A stretch of DNA of 64,000 nucleotides, taken from NCBI GenBank assembly GCA_050273025.1, contig CP158636.1, forward strand, positions 3,720,001 to 3,784,000, in the 5' to 3' direction. This stretch comes from Cenococcum geophilum. Its lineage: Eukaryota. The notes under the pieces were generated by a model, which was not told the origin of the DNA, did not search any database, and worked only from the letters and a program-made list of their open reading frames with translations. Made by a program: the position numbers and the translations under genes. This document shows, in pieces, positions 50,930-64,000 of this stretch (position 1 is its first letter; every line of letters begins with the position of its first letter).

Positions 50930-51401
50930 CAGTCAACTGCAAAAGATCGTTTAATCGCTTAAGCTCACCAACAGCCAGCATTTGCACCCATCAGAACAAT
51001 ACACCCCATATAGCCCCACCAACATAGCTCTATATTTTATAAATAGAGGTCTATTTTATAGCTCTATCCTAGGGCTACAAAATAAGCCCTTATTTAGGTA
51101 AATTAGACTAATATTGGTGGAATTATATAAAACGGCTGTAAAACTTAAATTAAGGCTCTACGCTGACTAATCCGACCCCTCTACCTCCGGAACGGGCACC
51201 CCTTACATCTTTACTAAAATAGCCCTAAATTATATCAGTAAGGGCTTATTTTGTAGCCCTAGAATAGAACTATAAAATAGACCTTTATTTATAAAATATA
51301 AAGCTATGTTGGTGGGGCTATATGGGGTGTATTGTTCTGATGGGTGCAAATGCTGGCTGTTGGTGAGCTTAAGCGATTAAACGATCTTTTGCAGTTGACT
51401 G
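50930..51401. mobile_element. Foldback-type MITE (472 bp) with ~163-bp inverted arms, inserted in the Copia D RNase H region
   Basis: Arms at 50930-51092 and 51239-51401, starting CAGTCAACTGCAAAAG; TA duplication at 50928-50929 and 51402-51403. Confidence 0.92.
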
Positions 51402-52022
51402 TAGTAAAAAGAGCATAGAAGGCTATCTATTTATCTTATTTGAAGGACTAATTAACTGGCGATTAACTAAGCAAAGATAAGTAATAAAATTAAGCACTAA
51501 AGTAGAGCTTTTAGCCCTGTCGCATATAGCTACTAAGTTAATTTAGTGGCAGCGATTCTATAAAGATTTTTTTAATACTAATAAGAAGTAAGTAATCTAT
51601 TATAGCAATATATAGATAATTTAACTACTTACTAAAAGCGACGCTAAGCTTAACACTAAGCTCTAATACGTTAATATCTATTACCACTAGCTCTACTAGG
51701 AAGTTTGTAATAAAAAAAAAGATTAATATTAAATGGGGCTTTTTATAAATATAATAGCAGACGGCTTAATAAAGGCTGCCTTATTAAAAGTATAAGACGT
51801 TTATTTAGTAATTAAACCTCATTAATATAAAGGATCTAATTAATTTAATTTAAATAATATTTAGGCAGGGTAAGTATATAAAGAATTTCCCTTAACTTCC
51901 TATAAATTTTTTAGCTTTTCAGGTCTTTAAGTTATAATTACAGGCTATATATTTAAGGGTCTATATATATTGCCTTTATAATAAGCTGCTAAAGTTATTA
52001 ATCTACTTTTTATAAAAGTAAC

Positions 52023-55000
52023 TGTCGGTATACTTGCTTTATTAACGGGCACGAATATCACTATATAATACGTATGCGGTGTTAAAGTTGGTAGTTAATT
52101 AATTGTCTAGAAGTAAGGGGTTGCTCTAAGGTCAGGTTAGCTAGCCTCGCTTTATGGTCTTATAACTATGTTATATAACTAACATTCCGACACTAAAGCA
52201 ACTCTAAAAAGAAGGCTAATCTATACTCTAAAGTCAAGTTTACTTCTAGACTATTTATAGCGTATACGCAATAGTTAGAGATCCAATTAATACGTAATAG
52301 CTTTTACGCTCCTTTTATAGGTCCGTAATTATAAGAAGAATTATTAGGGGTAGCAGGTTAATATGTCGCGAGGGTCGCTAAGGCGCTAGTGGTAAGCGAG
52401 CTAATAGCGATTTTCTATCCTAGGGATAGAAAATCCTAATTAGCTGGTTAAATTCAGGGTCCGTACTATTATAATTAGTTACCTAATACTAAGCTAAATC
52501 TAAGTTTGTTTGTTTAACCCATCCTATAACTTATAGATTAATTTGGTTTGTATTAATAAGCCATTAAAGAGCCGCGTAGGGTTTTCCCTTTGTTATAGCG
52601 TTAGTAGTGTTAGCCTCTCCGTTAATCTATTTCACCTCTATAATCTATTTCCGTTTATAGGCTTACTGGAGGCACATTACGTCGATTATTAGGCGCTTTT
52701 CTTAGGTGGTTCTAAGTCGTACTAGACAGTTATATAAGGACTTAGAATTAGTGTAAAGCATAAGTAGGAGGTTAATTTGTAGGATCTTGTCTACTATAGA
52801 CTTGATTATAACGCCGATGTTAAAGCCGTGGGCCGTACCGTAGAGTTTAGAAGCTAGTACACTCTAAGTAACTCTTTTACACTTAACCGAGCTCTAATAG
52901 ACGATATTAGCCTTCTTTATAGCATTAGCTAGTACGATAATGTAGCCAATCTGCGAAGAGAGGTCCTTATTATTGGCAAATAACGTATCCGTAAACACTA
53001 GGAGCTATAAGGTTTTAATATCTAACTTGACGAACTTAAGGCCTCTATTAGTGTTCTCGATTTGCCAGTTTAGACACTTATTTAACTGTTTTACGTCTTC
53101 CTTATTAGGGTTAATTACCTAGGCGGTAAAGGATAAATTAAATAAGGCTTCTAGCTAGCAAACTGAAGCGATATATGCACCTCTAGCACGTTAAGCGATA
53201 TACTAGTCCTTTAGAGTTAAGGTTCTTATAGCTCCTTTTAATCCTATACTCGTAGCAAGCTTAGTGCTAATTGTACTAAGGTTTATATATTATCGTTCCT
53301 AAATAAGCGTAATACTCCCGTCAGTTAGTAGCTAAATGACTCTACCGTTAAACTTAATAGGCGTATTAACGGTAAGTTGTTCCCGTTTTTTAGCTATAAA
53401 CTTAGCCTTATATAGCTTGTTTTGCTCTACGCTTATAAAGGTCTTATCTGCTAGAAATAGAGTATCGTTGGTTTGTAGGCCTATAATACTAAAGGGTTTG
53501 TTACTCTGTAGGAGACAGGGGTCGTATGTAGACTGGTCTATATGTAACTATTGGATGTAATATAAGTAATATGTCTTAAACTAGTGGTTACTGGCTTCTG
53601 GTACTTTATAGAGTGGTTTTATAACCTTTAAAACGGAGGCCTCGTTAATCCTAAGTTGCTTAATTAGCTCGTGCGGAGGTCGTACGTAGAACTCTTAATT
53701 TAGTATGGTGGTTGATTGTACGTAGGCCTATGAAATATCTTAGAGGTAAAGTCGTGCCTGTAGAAGCTTTATGGCGGCGATATAGAGAATTAGTTATTGG
53801 CTGACTCGTTAAATAGTTAGTAATTGGGTAAGAACCAGTTCCTTTTTTAAGTCGTTATAAGCTTATATAACTAGTTGGGATTTCTTAAAGGCTTTATTAG
53901 TTTCCTTGTTTTTAATCTTATTAACAAATCGCGAGTTAAAGAGTTGTACGCCTTGTGGTATATCCGTAAGTCTTATAATCTCAAAAACTCCCTTCTTAAG
54001 TAGACTAGTAAGCTCCTTTTATTAAGAGGCGCTGAATTAAGTACTAAATTGACTATCATCCTATAGGTAGATGGTGATATTAGTTATGGCCATAAGTAGG
54101 GGGTATTTGCGAGGGCGTCCTCTGCCTCGTTTTAGGGGTTGTTGCTAAGCTTTAGTAGGTCTCTCTAAGACAGTCTTAGGAAGGGCTGACCTAAGTAGAG
54201 GTTTAGGTAGCGATTCTAGTCCGACGATTTGCTCCTACGATTTAGTTGCTTAAAGGTAGGGTTTTACGACCGTAGATTAAAAGGCTGTAGGTCCGCTAGA
54301 TAGCTTAACAGTATATATTTTACCCTTAACGGTAAGTAAAGTAAATGGCCTGTCCTAATAGCCGCTTTAGCTAGTATTTCCTTCTCTCCAGACTAAATGG
54401 GCGAATTTAGTGGGAGATTATGAATCGCATTAGCATTGGGTCCGTTTCGCATATTTAGCGCGTTAGCGATCTATCGTTTAGCTTATAGCTTCTATATCTC
54501 TACTATAGCCTTTTTAATTATAGTAGCGCGTTATATAACCGTAGGGGATAGTGTATTAGATTTAACTATTTGGGGGTAGGCTCTAAAGACTAGAAGTGTG
54601 GGAACTAGTCCTTTAGGGCTAGCTGAATCGTTAATTGCTTTAAGCGCTATTTAGAGTCCTATCTCCTTATTAATTTTGGGGATTTTAGTTATAATAATCT
54701 AGTAGGCTCGCCGTAATGGACTGTAGTAGCGCTCTACCATTCTAATGGAGTTATATGCTTTAACCGGTACTCCCTTTATACTAATTCCCATAATAGTGGT
54801 ATATTGCTTAAATTCCTTACTAATAAAGTTCTTTCCGGCGTCGTGGGTAATTAGGTCTGGTGGCCCTAGGTAGATATTAATCTAGTATATCCGTAGAACG
54901 TCCTATGTGTGTTTAGCGCTAATGTCTTATAGCTATCTACCGGCTTAGAATCGCGTTCCTTTATTAATAACGTATAGGAGGGGTGATCCGCTAATGTATA

Positions 55001-58000
55001 TAATATTAACAATGATATTATAGTTAAAATTAATATTATCTTATAGGGTAAAGCAGAATCTACCTGGTAATTTGCTAAACTTTTAATAGTGGTAGTAGAA
55101 CTTAGTTGCTTAATGGCTATTCTATTAGTTTTATGGCTAGTATAGTAGAGTAGTTTTTATAATTTCTTAACTAAGGGATATCTAAATTAACGGTGTAGGC
55201 GCCGTAGCTCTATATCTGTTAAGTAGTAGGGGTTTACGTTAAAGGATTTAGATAAATATAACTGTAGTAATAAGCTCTATAAGAGAAATGGGTGGCTAAA
55301 CTATCGCACTACTGGCACCTTTTCGGTGCAAGTAATAACAACATTTCTAAGGTTATTGTAGTAGATTTGGAGTCTGTCTATATCCGCTAAATAGAGTAGG
55401 AAGGGGGTATCCGCATAGACAATATGAAACTATATCTTGCCTATAGGGGTAATAACGTTCGCAGTTCCAATGGAGGTAGTAATTCTAATACCGAACTGCA
55501 CGTTAACTTGTCCTTTAGTTAAGGTATTAAGTCTTATAAATTAATCCGCGTTCTATAGTGCCTGGAATTATCTATAACCGGCCATAGACTTCTTTAACGC
55601 ACTAGTATTAATTATAGTTCCTATAAATACTGTAGAAGTATAGCGTAAAGCGGCGGTTGTTATGTTATAGTTAAACGGGTTAGTTTCCGTAGTAGGTTCC
55701 GTAGAGGTTATAGTAAGTAAGTAAGCGTAAGCCTTATTAGCTAGTTCTACGCTTATAGAGGTTGCTTTGTCTATAGTAAGAGTCCCGAATAATATAAGGT
55801 AGTAGCCGTTAGGGTCTTCTAGTTCTTCCTCGCTGTTATTATTATTAGTGTTTTTATTAGCGTTTGTGTCTAGCATAAGAGCTTTAAAGGTCTTATTGCA
55901 CTTATTATTGTCGTCTCCTTTATAGTAGATAGTGTATTATCTAAAGCGTTTTTTAAAGTTACCGTTGCGGCCCTTGTTATTATTAAAATATCTTTTATAC
56001 TTATTTCTAGAACGGTTCCGCTCCTCCTCTATATGTTTCTATAAGCGGTAGCTCTCCTTTTAGTAGATATAGTACTTGGCCTTTAGGGATCTGATGGTGT
56101 TTTGTCTATAGGAGCGGGTTTGGTTACGGTTATTATGGATATTACGGCGGTATATGCGATCCGTAAAGTAGGCTCCTTAAGACGGTCTTATTAAGGCCTA
56201 GGAGGGGTGTTCCTTCTCCTATATAACTATAGAAGATTATAACTTGCTAATTAACTAGGAGAGGTCTTTAAAAGGGTTAGAAATGGCGATATGGTATGCT
56301 AGTACTCCTTAGCAAGTAGTAACTAGTTTATTTATAAGGAAGAGGTTTATATAAAACTCTGGGTGTAATCTATGGCGATGTTTTAAGAGCTTATTAAGGA
56401 GTAGTTGGAAACTCTAATAGATTTGCTTATTAGGGTTCTTGTTAATAATTCCTTGGAAGTTAGTAGCGTTCCATTTAGTAAGGTTTCTCTAATAGTACTC
56501 TAGTTCTTTAAAGAAGTAACGTATATAGTTGCATGCCTTAGTAAATAATCTAGTTAAAAGGCTGCTATTGTAGTAGTGATCCTAGGCAAGTCCCTTTAGT
56601 ATAGTTGGGAATGCAGTTATATAGCCTTTAGGAGGTAGACTAGCTCTCTTGCAGATATTATAGAAGATAGTTAACTTAAAGTTAAAGCTATTACTTACTC
56701 CATTGTACTTCTAGTCGTCTATATAGATCTTAGCAATAGTAGCTGCCTCTTTGCTGTACGTAGGCAGGTGTATAGTAGAGTCGGTATTGGCAGTACTAGG
56801 GTAAAGATACTGGGTAGGAGGAAGACTAGGTGGGATAGGAGCGGTTACTAGAGGGAGGGTAGAGGCAGTTGCCGTAGGCGATAATTACTGATTCTGCGTC
56901 TGTAGGAGTTAAGTAAGGAAAGTAAGTAGTTAATCTTAGGTAGAGGTAGGTGCAGCTTGCTATTAGGTAGCGGTTAGTGCAGCTTGCTAGGGTATAGATG
57001 TAATAGCTAGTTAGGGTGTTATAGGGGTAGGTATTTGCGTTCTAGGTGTTGTAGCTGTAGCTATAGGCTGGATTATAGGCGTTGGAGGTAGTGGAGGTAG
57101 TTAATGGTTTGTAGGCGTCGGCACCGTATAGGAAGGTAGTGGGCTATAGGGGGAGGTTGTAGGAGCTGAAGAGGCTATAACTGACGGGGGTATAGCTTAA
57201 TTTAATATTAAAGCTGTTTATATTGAGTTAAGTTGTTCTTATAGTGCTACTATAATTATAGGGCTGACTTCCTTAAGAGCTCCTGTGATTTCCTTATCTG
57301 TCCATTCGTGAGGTTCCTCTTCTGTAAGAATATTATGTAGAACCTTATAAAGTAGGTATCTATTGCTATGTGTGGCGATATATACTCCTCTTTGGAGTAG
57401 GTAAGTATAGAGCTTTACTCTAGTAATAGAGCGTATCTTTCTAAAGTCCTTAATAGTAAAGCCTTTAAATTCTTCTTAGAATAGCGACTATAATGTATAA
57501 TCTGTAAAGTTCTTATATATATACTTATAGATTTTTGTTTCTATATATTCTTTTAGGTCTTCCTCTAAGGCAGTTATTATATTAATCCCGTAACTATATC
57601 TAGTAATTCTCTCCTTCTATTTAGGATCTATTTTATTATGTAAAGCAGTATGCTAGTTTTTGTATATATTGTAGTTCAAGGTTAAGGTTAAGGTTAAGGT
57701 TGAGGTCGAGGTCAAGGTTAAGGTCGTCGAGGTAAGGGTGTCAAGGTGAGGGTGTTGAGGTGAGGGTGTCGAGGTGAGGGTATTTGGGTGTGTACGTCCT
57801 TTACAGCCGTTGGGCCTGTAAAGTATTCTTAGCAAGACTGCGATTCTCTTAGCGATCTGTTATATTGGCTGTAAGGCTAGTATAAATTCTCTTAAGCTTA
57901 AGGGAGGTCGTAATCTTCTCCAAGTAAAGATATAATTCTCTAGGCGATTTAACGCGTTAGCAGTTAAGCTAATACGTGGTCTTAAGCTTTAAGGGTAATA

Positions 58001-58285
58001 TAGCTTTCTCCTGTAACTGAAATAGACAAGGCCAGGCGATCTGTGTACTGTTACCAGTACGGTTCTCAAGCTCTAGCTTATTGCGTATTTCCTAATCTGT
58101 ACGTCTACTAATTAGTGTTGGTATACTCGCTTTATCAACGGGCACGAATATCACTGTATAATATGTATGCGGTGTTGAAGTTGGTAGTTGATTAATTGTC
58201 TAGAAGTAAGGGGTTGCTCCAAGGTCAGGTTAGCTAGCCTCGCTTCGTGGTCTTGTAACCACGTCACATAACTAACATTCCGATA
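52023..58285 (-). mobile_element. Full-length RIP-degraded Copia E (GalEa-type; same family as A)
   Basis: 170-bp LTRs at 52023-52192 and 58116-58285; TSD GTAAC at 52018-52022 and 58286-58290; pol colinear with element A. Confidence 0.95.
57676..57782. repeat. Degenerate hexamer repeat (aggtt[a/g], gaggtg) in the 5' leader of Copia E
   Basis: Seen directly. Confidence 0.7.
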
Positions 58286-58668
58286 GTAACTAAATCTTTA
58301 ATTTAGTGCATATCTATTATAAAGGCCTTAATTTATATACTATATATTATAGGGCTTCTTTAGGGTAACTATAATGTTAACCTAATTGTTATTAGCCTGT
58401 TTAAAGCTTAAACCCTCTATTAAAGCTTTATTTTTAACCTATAAAAAATTTAAGCCATTATATGGATTTTATAGATAATTACTAACGATATACTACCTAA
58501 ATTTAATTCTTTTTGCTATAAGACCTTGCCTTTAGGTCTTGTAGTAATACTTAGTAAAGTAGTACTTCTTAATTAAAGCTATATTATTAAGAAATATAAG
58601 CTTAACAATCTACTCCTAATATTTTATTTTAATAAAGGAGAAATATAATAGTGTATAATTACAGCACC

Positions 58669-61600
58669 TGTTATACCGACCGCGTGCTTACGCGTTCGGT
58701 ACACCAGGTACGCGTTTACGCGTTTAGTGCACTAACTACTCGCTTACGCGTCTGGTGCACTTATAAAGCACTAACTAATTAGGGGGGAGGTGCATTAGTA
58801 TATAGACTACGTAGTCTGCTTTATACAATTAACAGTCACTGTTATCTAAAAGAGTATACGATACTATATGTATTTCATGCCCCTAGATCTAACTTACTCG
58901 TGCTATTAAATTGGTACAAATACTGATTAGTAAGCGCGCACAGATTAGTAATTACTTAATACCTCCCCCGAGCGATATATACGACAGCGACTACCTGTTT
59001 AGAATCCTAGTACGACCTACTAGAAGGTCGGAAGTTGGGGATTACGGACCTATTACTAACTCTGTATACTTATTTAAGTCTTAGTACGGTTTACCGGAAG
59101 TTTATAAACGCGAATATAGACCTTTACAGAACCTCCTACCCTCCCACAAACTACTACGGACCTACTAATTACCTTTACAGACCGTTATAAGACCTTACGG
59201 AAACCCCCTACCCTCCTGTAAATCGTTATAGACCTATTAACCGCCTTTACGGACCACTATAAGACCTTTTCCACCCGCTACGTACTATATTATATAGTAT
59301 AGCAGACATAAGCAAGCAGATTAATAAAGGTTAAGAGAAATAGAGCTAAGGAGTCGACCTTATGTCTATAACTAACGTTAACAACTATATTAAATATAAA
59401 ATTCTTAAATACGGATATTTTAAGCTTATAAATAACGACCTGTGGGAGTAATATAAGGAAGACTTTGCGGACTTTACGGAAGCTATTTTTAAGGCTTGTA
59501 ACCCTACTGCCATCTATAACCTATAAACCCTTTTACGTTACTAAGGCGTATGGGTTAAAAGGAATAAATAAGTTACTGTTGTACGGTCTCTATATGACAC
59601 ACTATATAAGGAGGACTAAATGGAATAGACTAAAGAGTAGATCTTAGATTATATTAAAACCAGCAACCTCTTTACCTCCTTTAAACTTAATAGAATCTCT
59701 AGCCTTATAGCTAACCCATTTAATCGAATTTGTTCTATAAACCCAAGTGGTATTAAAATTAATTTTACTGGCTAAAGTATACCTAATACTTAAGTTACGG
59801 ACTATAATACCCCTTTAAACCAAAATACGGACTAAATTACCTCTATTATTTAAGTCACAGATTTACAAGCTATATATTTATAAGCTATATATCCGCAAGC
59901 TATAGATCTGTAAGTTATAGATCTATAACCTACCTAAGTAAAGACCTATAGTAAGGAGCTAGCTAACCTGGCCAAGCTCTATACCGACAAATCTAAGTAT
60001 AGCGGTGAAAATAATAATTTTAACTTTAAACTGACTATCTTTACGGACCTCTGTTAGAAGGCCGATATCCCTAAATAGAAGTTTAGCCAAGCCTACTCTA
60101 CTATACTGCGCGGCCTAGCACTTAACCACTACTACACTAACCTTAAGAGTAACCCCCTTGGTATTCCCTTTAATAAGCTTTACAAAGCTACCCGTAACTA
60201 CTTTAAAGGACCAGAATATAAGCGTAATATTCTTACCTAATAGAATGCAACTAAGCTACGGACCGTAATTAATAAGAATATTAAAAAATTGACTATAGAG
60301 TGCCTGCAAATTCTTATTAAAGACCTTCGGCACCTATAGCACGGCCTTAACGCTAAGCTTTAAATAGACGACTTTCTGTATAATAAACTTATTATAGCCT
60401 GCTAGGAAGTAGAGCCCTATAAGTACGCCTATTATAAGCCTATAGATACCTTAGCTGGCCTTATTAATAATCTACGCTCCTCTATTATAACATATAAAGT
60501 CTTAAACCCACTAGGCAGCACTTAAGCCTTTATTACGGATATTTAATATCCGTAACTAGACTTAGATGTCTACTTTACGGACCGCCGCTATTGCTAGCAG
60601 TACCCGTACCGACCAAGTCCTACCCGTAACCCCCATAGTAACCCCTATACGAAAACATACCCCCACAGATAAACTAGCTAGAAGTACTTCGTGTGCGGTA
60701 AGAAAGGATGTTGGTTTATAAGGCATACCTAAGAAGAACGTAATAACTCTAGGAAGAGACTTAATAGCCGTATTAACTAGTTCATTTTGGAATACGAAGG
60801 AAAGGAAGTAGAAGAGCCCCCTAATAAGTCAATAGAAGCCCTTATAATTAACTTTAACTTAAACGCTTAGGAATAAGAGACCTTAGAGACATTCCTAACT
60901 ACTTTTAGACCTTTTACGGATAGTTAAGCCTTCAATATTACGACCGTATTAGCCGACCGTTCCTTTATATACTTAGTTACGCCTAAAAACTATTTTGTAA
61001 GTACCCCTATTACAAACATTATAGATTATAAGCAGGACCTATTTGTATATATTACTATAGAACACTATACCCCTAAGGAATTCTACGGTGTTATAATCGA
61101 TATAGGTGCCTCTAAGAAGTTTACTATAGGTTATGGATAATACCTTACATATAAGACCACTATAAATGATAATACGGATATTAATACTATATAAACTGGG
61201 GCCGTAAACGTCTAATTTGGTATTGGCTTAACCGCATTGATTAGATTAGTTAAAGTTAAGACTTTAATTGGCCCAGTTAACTTCCACATAGTAAAAGCGG
61301 ATACCTCTTTCCTACTCTACCTTGCGGACATGGACAGGTTATAGGTCTACTATAACAATGTTACGGATACCTTAATTGGCCCTATAACTGCCCTAGGAAG
61401 CAAGTATATTACCCTGCTAATTATATAACGATTTAGACACCCGTTCCTTATATAGGGAGAGACTCTACGGACCTATATTTAGGAATCTTTTAACTATAAC
61501 CCGTGCTACCTTACTAGTACTAAAATCCACCGCCTGTACCGCTGTTTTGGCTACCTGTTAGCTGAAAAGCTATATAGAGTCCTTAAACGCTCTGGACACG

Positions 61601-63740
61601 ACGACGTTAATAGGAAGGTAATTAACCACCTAACTAAATACTGCTCCTTTTGCTAGAAATACGGACGTTCCCTAGGCTGATTTAAGTTTACTCTTTATAA
61701 AGACCTTAATTTCAACCACTTAGTGTACGTAGATATTATGTATATTAACGGCAGCCCAGTATTATATATAATTGACGAGGTAACCCGCTATTAAGCTGCC
61801 CGTTAGTTGCAAAATATATTTATAAAATACACTTAGGACATTTTATGGACCTACTGGATTAATATATACGTTGGACCCCCTAAGTATATTACCTACGACG
61901 CTGGTAAAAACTTCATTAGTAAGGAATTCTAGCAGTATGCTACGGCTATAGCTATATTAACAAAAGCTGTTCTAGTTAAGGCGTATTGGTCCGTTAGGCT
62001 TATTAAGTGAGCTTACCTAGCCTTATAGAGAGCTTACTAGATTATTATGGATGAATGTAAGGACATCTAAAAGAAACTGGCTCTATAGATGGCCGTAAAA
62101 GCCGTTAATAATACCGCTGGCCCGGACGGACTAGTACCTACCCTTTTGGTCTATGGAGCCTACCTAAGGATAAGTAACCTAGGCCCTCTTACCCCGTTTA
62201 TTATGGAACGAGCAGCTATAATATAGAAGGCAATGGCCGAAATAGTTAAATTACGGGCCAAATAAGCAGTTAATAGCGCCCTATATTACCGCAACGGACC
62301 AGACATAACCTTAGTTTATGACCTTCCGCTTAATTCTAAAGTCCTTATATGGCGTGAAAGCGGTAATTGGATAGGACCTTACTGTTTACTAGCCGTAGAA
62401 AATGAAACGTGCTGTGTATAACTCCCTAGCGGACTAACTAGCTTTAGGAGCACGTCTATAAAACCCTACTTTTGGCCTAAAAATACCTATGACGTTGAGC
62501 TAGATAAACTAGAAGCAACTACTAAACTAGATAAACTAGAAGCGACTACCGAATTAGATAAACTAGAAGCACCCTTACCTACCCTAGAAGTCTCCTAGAA
62601 ACTTACTAAACCTATTAAACCTGCTGTAAAGCGTAGCTAAGGACGCCCCTAAAAGCACCCTATAACTAAGAACCCCGTAATAAAGAATTACCTAACCTTT
62701 ATAGGAATATCCGCAAGGCAATCTCCGCCTGCGGATATATTAGTTTTAGTATAGGAAACCCCTTTTACGGACTTATAACGTAAAGAGATTAACGGACTAC
62801 TTAAGAAGGGCGTCTTTATAGTTATGATGGAGAAAGACGTTCCATAAGGCGTCCGTATATTTAACTTACGCTTTATTAACGAAATTAAGCACCCTAGTAC
62901 TAACAAAGCCTTTAAAAAGTTAAGGCTTATTATATAAGCTTATAACGACTAGGGAAAGGACTTAGTCCTTACGCAATCGCCTATAATTTAACGAGTTAGT
63001 TAACGGATTATACTTGCACTTACGCCTAAACTACAGTAAACTAAGCCTGTAGCCCTATACTTACGGGATATCTTATAAGCCTATATGCAGTCTAATACCT
63101 ACCTAAGTAGGGATATCTTTATATGACTATCCCGCGAGCTTAACCTATAACTAGGAACAATTTTATAGGTTATAAAACCTCTTTACAGAGTACCAGAAGC
63201 TAGAAACCATTAGTTTAAGATATACTACTAGTACTATATTAGTAAACTTAAAATGGAACAGTCGACCTATAACCCCTACCTCCTATATAGCCCATTAAAC
63301 GGCCTTGGTATTATTGGACTCTAAATAGATAATACCCTCTTTCTAGTAGACTAAACCTTTGCGGATGCTAAAGAAACTAAACTATAAAAGGTAAAGTTCT
63401 TAGTAAAGCTGTAAGAGTAGTTAACTAAGCAGACTCTAATTAAGTTTAATAGAAGCTTAATTATATAAAAGGGTAACCTAATTAAGCTGACTTAGGAACG
63501 CTAAGCTTAAAACCTAAAGCCTGTTATAGCAAAGCCTATAAACCTTACTAGTTCCCGCGGAGAGACCCGCAAGACTGTAAATATAAAGGACTAATATGCT
63601 ATACAGCGTGTAAGAGGCGCCTATATTGCTATAGTTTGTTAACTTAAATCTGCCTATAATTTATCCTTTGCGGCCTAGGTAATAGACCTATAAGAGGAAA
63701 ATATTAAATAGCTTAATAAGCGCATTTAGTGGTAAATTAT
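58669..63740 (+). mobile_element. RIP-degraded Copia F (GalEa-type), interrupted in RT by a LINE
   Basis: Probable 5' LTR at 58669-58922 followed by ctgattag; knuckle (C)FVCGKKGCW..RH at ~60685-60726; integrase ~61520-62300; RT from ~62780. Confidence 0.88.
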
Positions 63741-64000
63741 AAGATTTAATTTACCGTCCGACCTAGTCCCCCTAATGGGTCCACACAGACTAATTCCTAT
63801 GGGAAAAACCTCTTTACTGAGAAAAACCCCATTTTTAAGTGTACAAAAAACCCCCAGGGGAGACGTGAGAGGTAATATTCCAGATAACATCCATACTACA
63901 TTAACGGGAGGAAAAACACTGTTAGGTTGCTGCTTTGAGACTCCCTTTACACAGGAGTGTCTAAATACCTATCTTGCCCCATCTGCTATTTAAACCATCT
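63741..64000 (-). mobile_element. 3' end of a second Tad1-like LINE, running off the window
   Basis: accg.ccg.cc..gtccccct..tgggtccac.cag...gaaaaac matches the 3' terminus of the LINE at 35037-35125; the Copia F frame stops here. Confidence 0.72.

Larger units (their letters stand above)
44247..51852 (+). mobile_element. RIP-degraded Copia D (non-GalEa) with two nested insertions; 3' LTR not found
   Basis: PBS-like gttataagcc at 44593; gag, protease IIL(D)(S)GTSL ~45865, integrase (QNGPAEKSRG ~46745, HLRVYGCRAY ~46958), RT ~49830-50850 (FFY.(D)DI), RNase H ~50890-51780. Confidence 0.88.

Noticed and set aside
57653..57835. Telomere-like hexamers and the Thr/Leu-repeat ORF
   Set aside because: The units are not TTAGGG and lie inside the 5' leader of Copia E; the ORF is a by-product of the repeat.
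25385..63993. Remaining short ORFs (e.g. 25385, 25592, 26066, 30322, 37075, 37340, 44948, 45820, 48173, 53336, 55568, 59465, 62688, 63775)
   Set aside because: All lie within the annotated TEs, as fragments of gag/pol/ORF2 or as antisense artefacts.
1..64000. Alternative genetic code or stop-codon readthrough to explain frequent in-frame TAG/TAA
   Set aside because: The stops coincide with expected Trp/Gln codons and with pervasive C-to-T/G-to-A changes, which RIP explains; the island gene reads normally in the standard code.

Overview
This is a fungal (Pezizomycotina-type) AT-rich block in which almost all sequence is transposon DNA degraded by repeat-induced point mutation (RIP): TpA is abundant, CpA/TpG is depleted, and Trp/Gln codons are turned into TAG/TAA. 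It contains five Copia elements or fragments with GalEa-type hallmarks, one conventional Copia, two chromoviral Gypsy copies, two solo LTRs, one full Tad1-like LINE plus the 3' end of a second, an ORF1-only non-LTR element, a pogo-like DNA transposon, two MITEs and a Crypton. One non-RIPed island (~20.35-23.5 kb) holds the only intact gene, a 342-aa membrane protein. The main hidden object is a RIP-inactivated DUF3435 (Starship captain-type) tyrosine recombinase gene on the minus strand (~41643 to ~24784), split into three pieces by a nested LINE and a nested Gypsy. Rejoined at the target-site duplications, it reads as recombinase + C2H2-type zinc fingers + C-terminal chromodomain. It lies between candidate termini that would define a compact (~4.3 kb) element with no cargo. 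All family assignments come from reading motifs by eye with RIP changes mentally reverted; no database searches were run.
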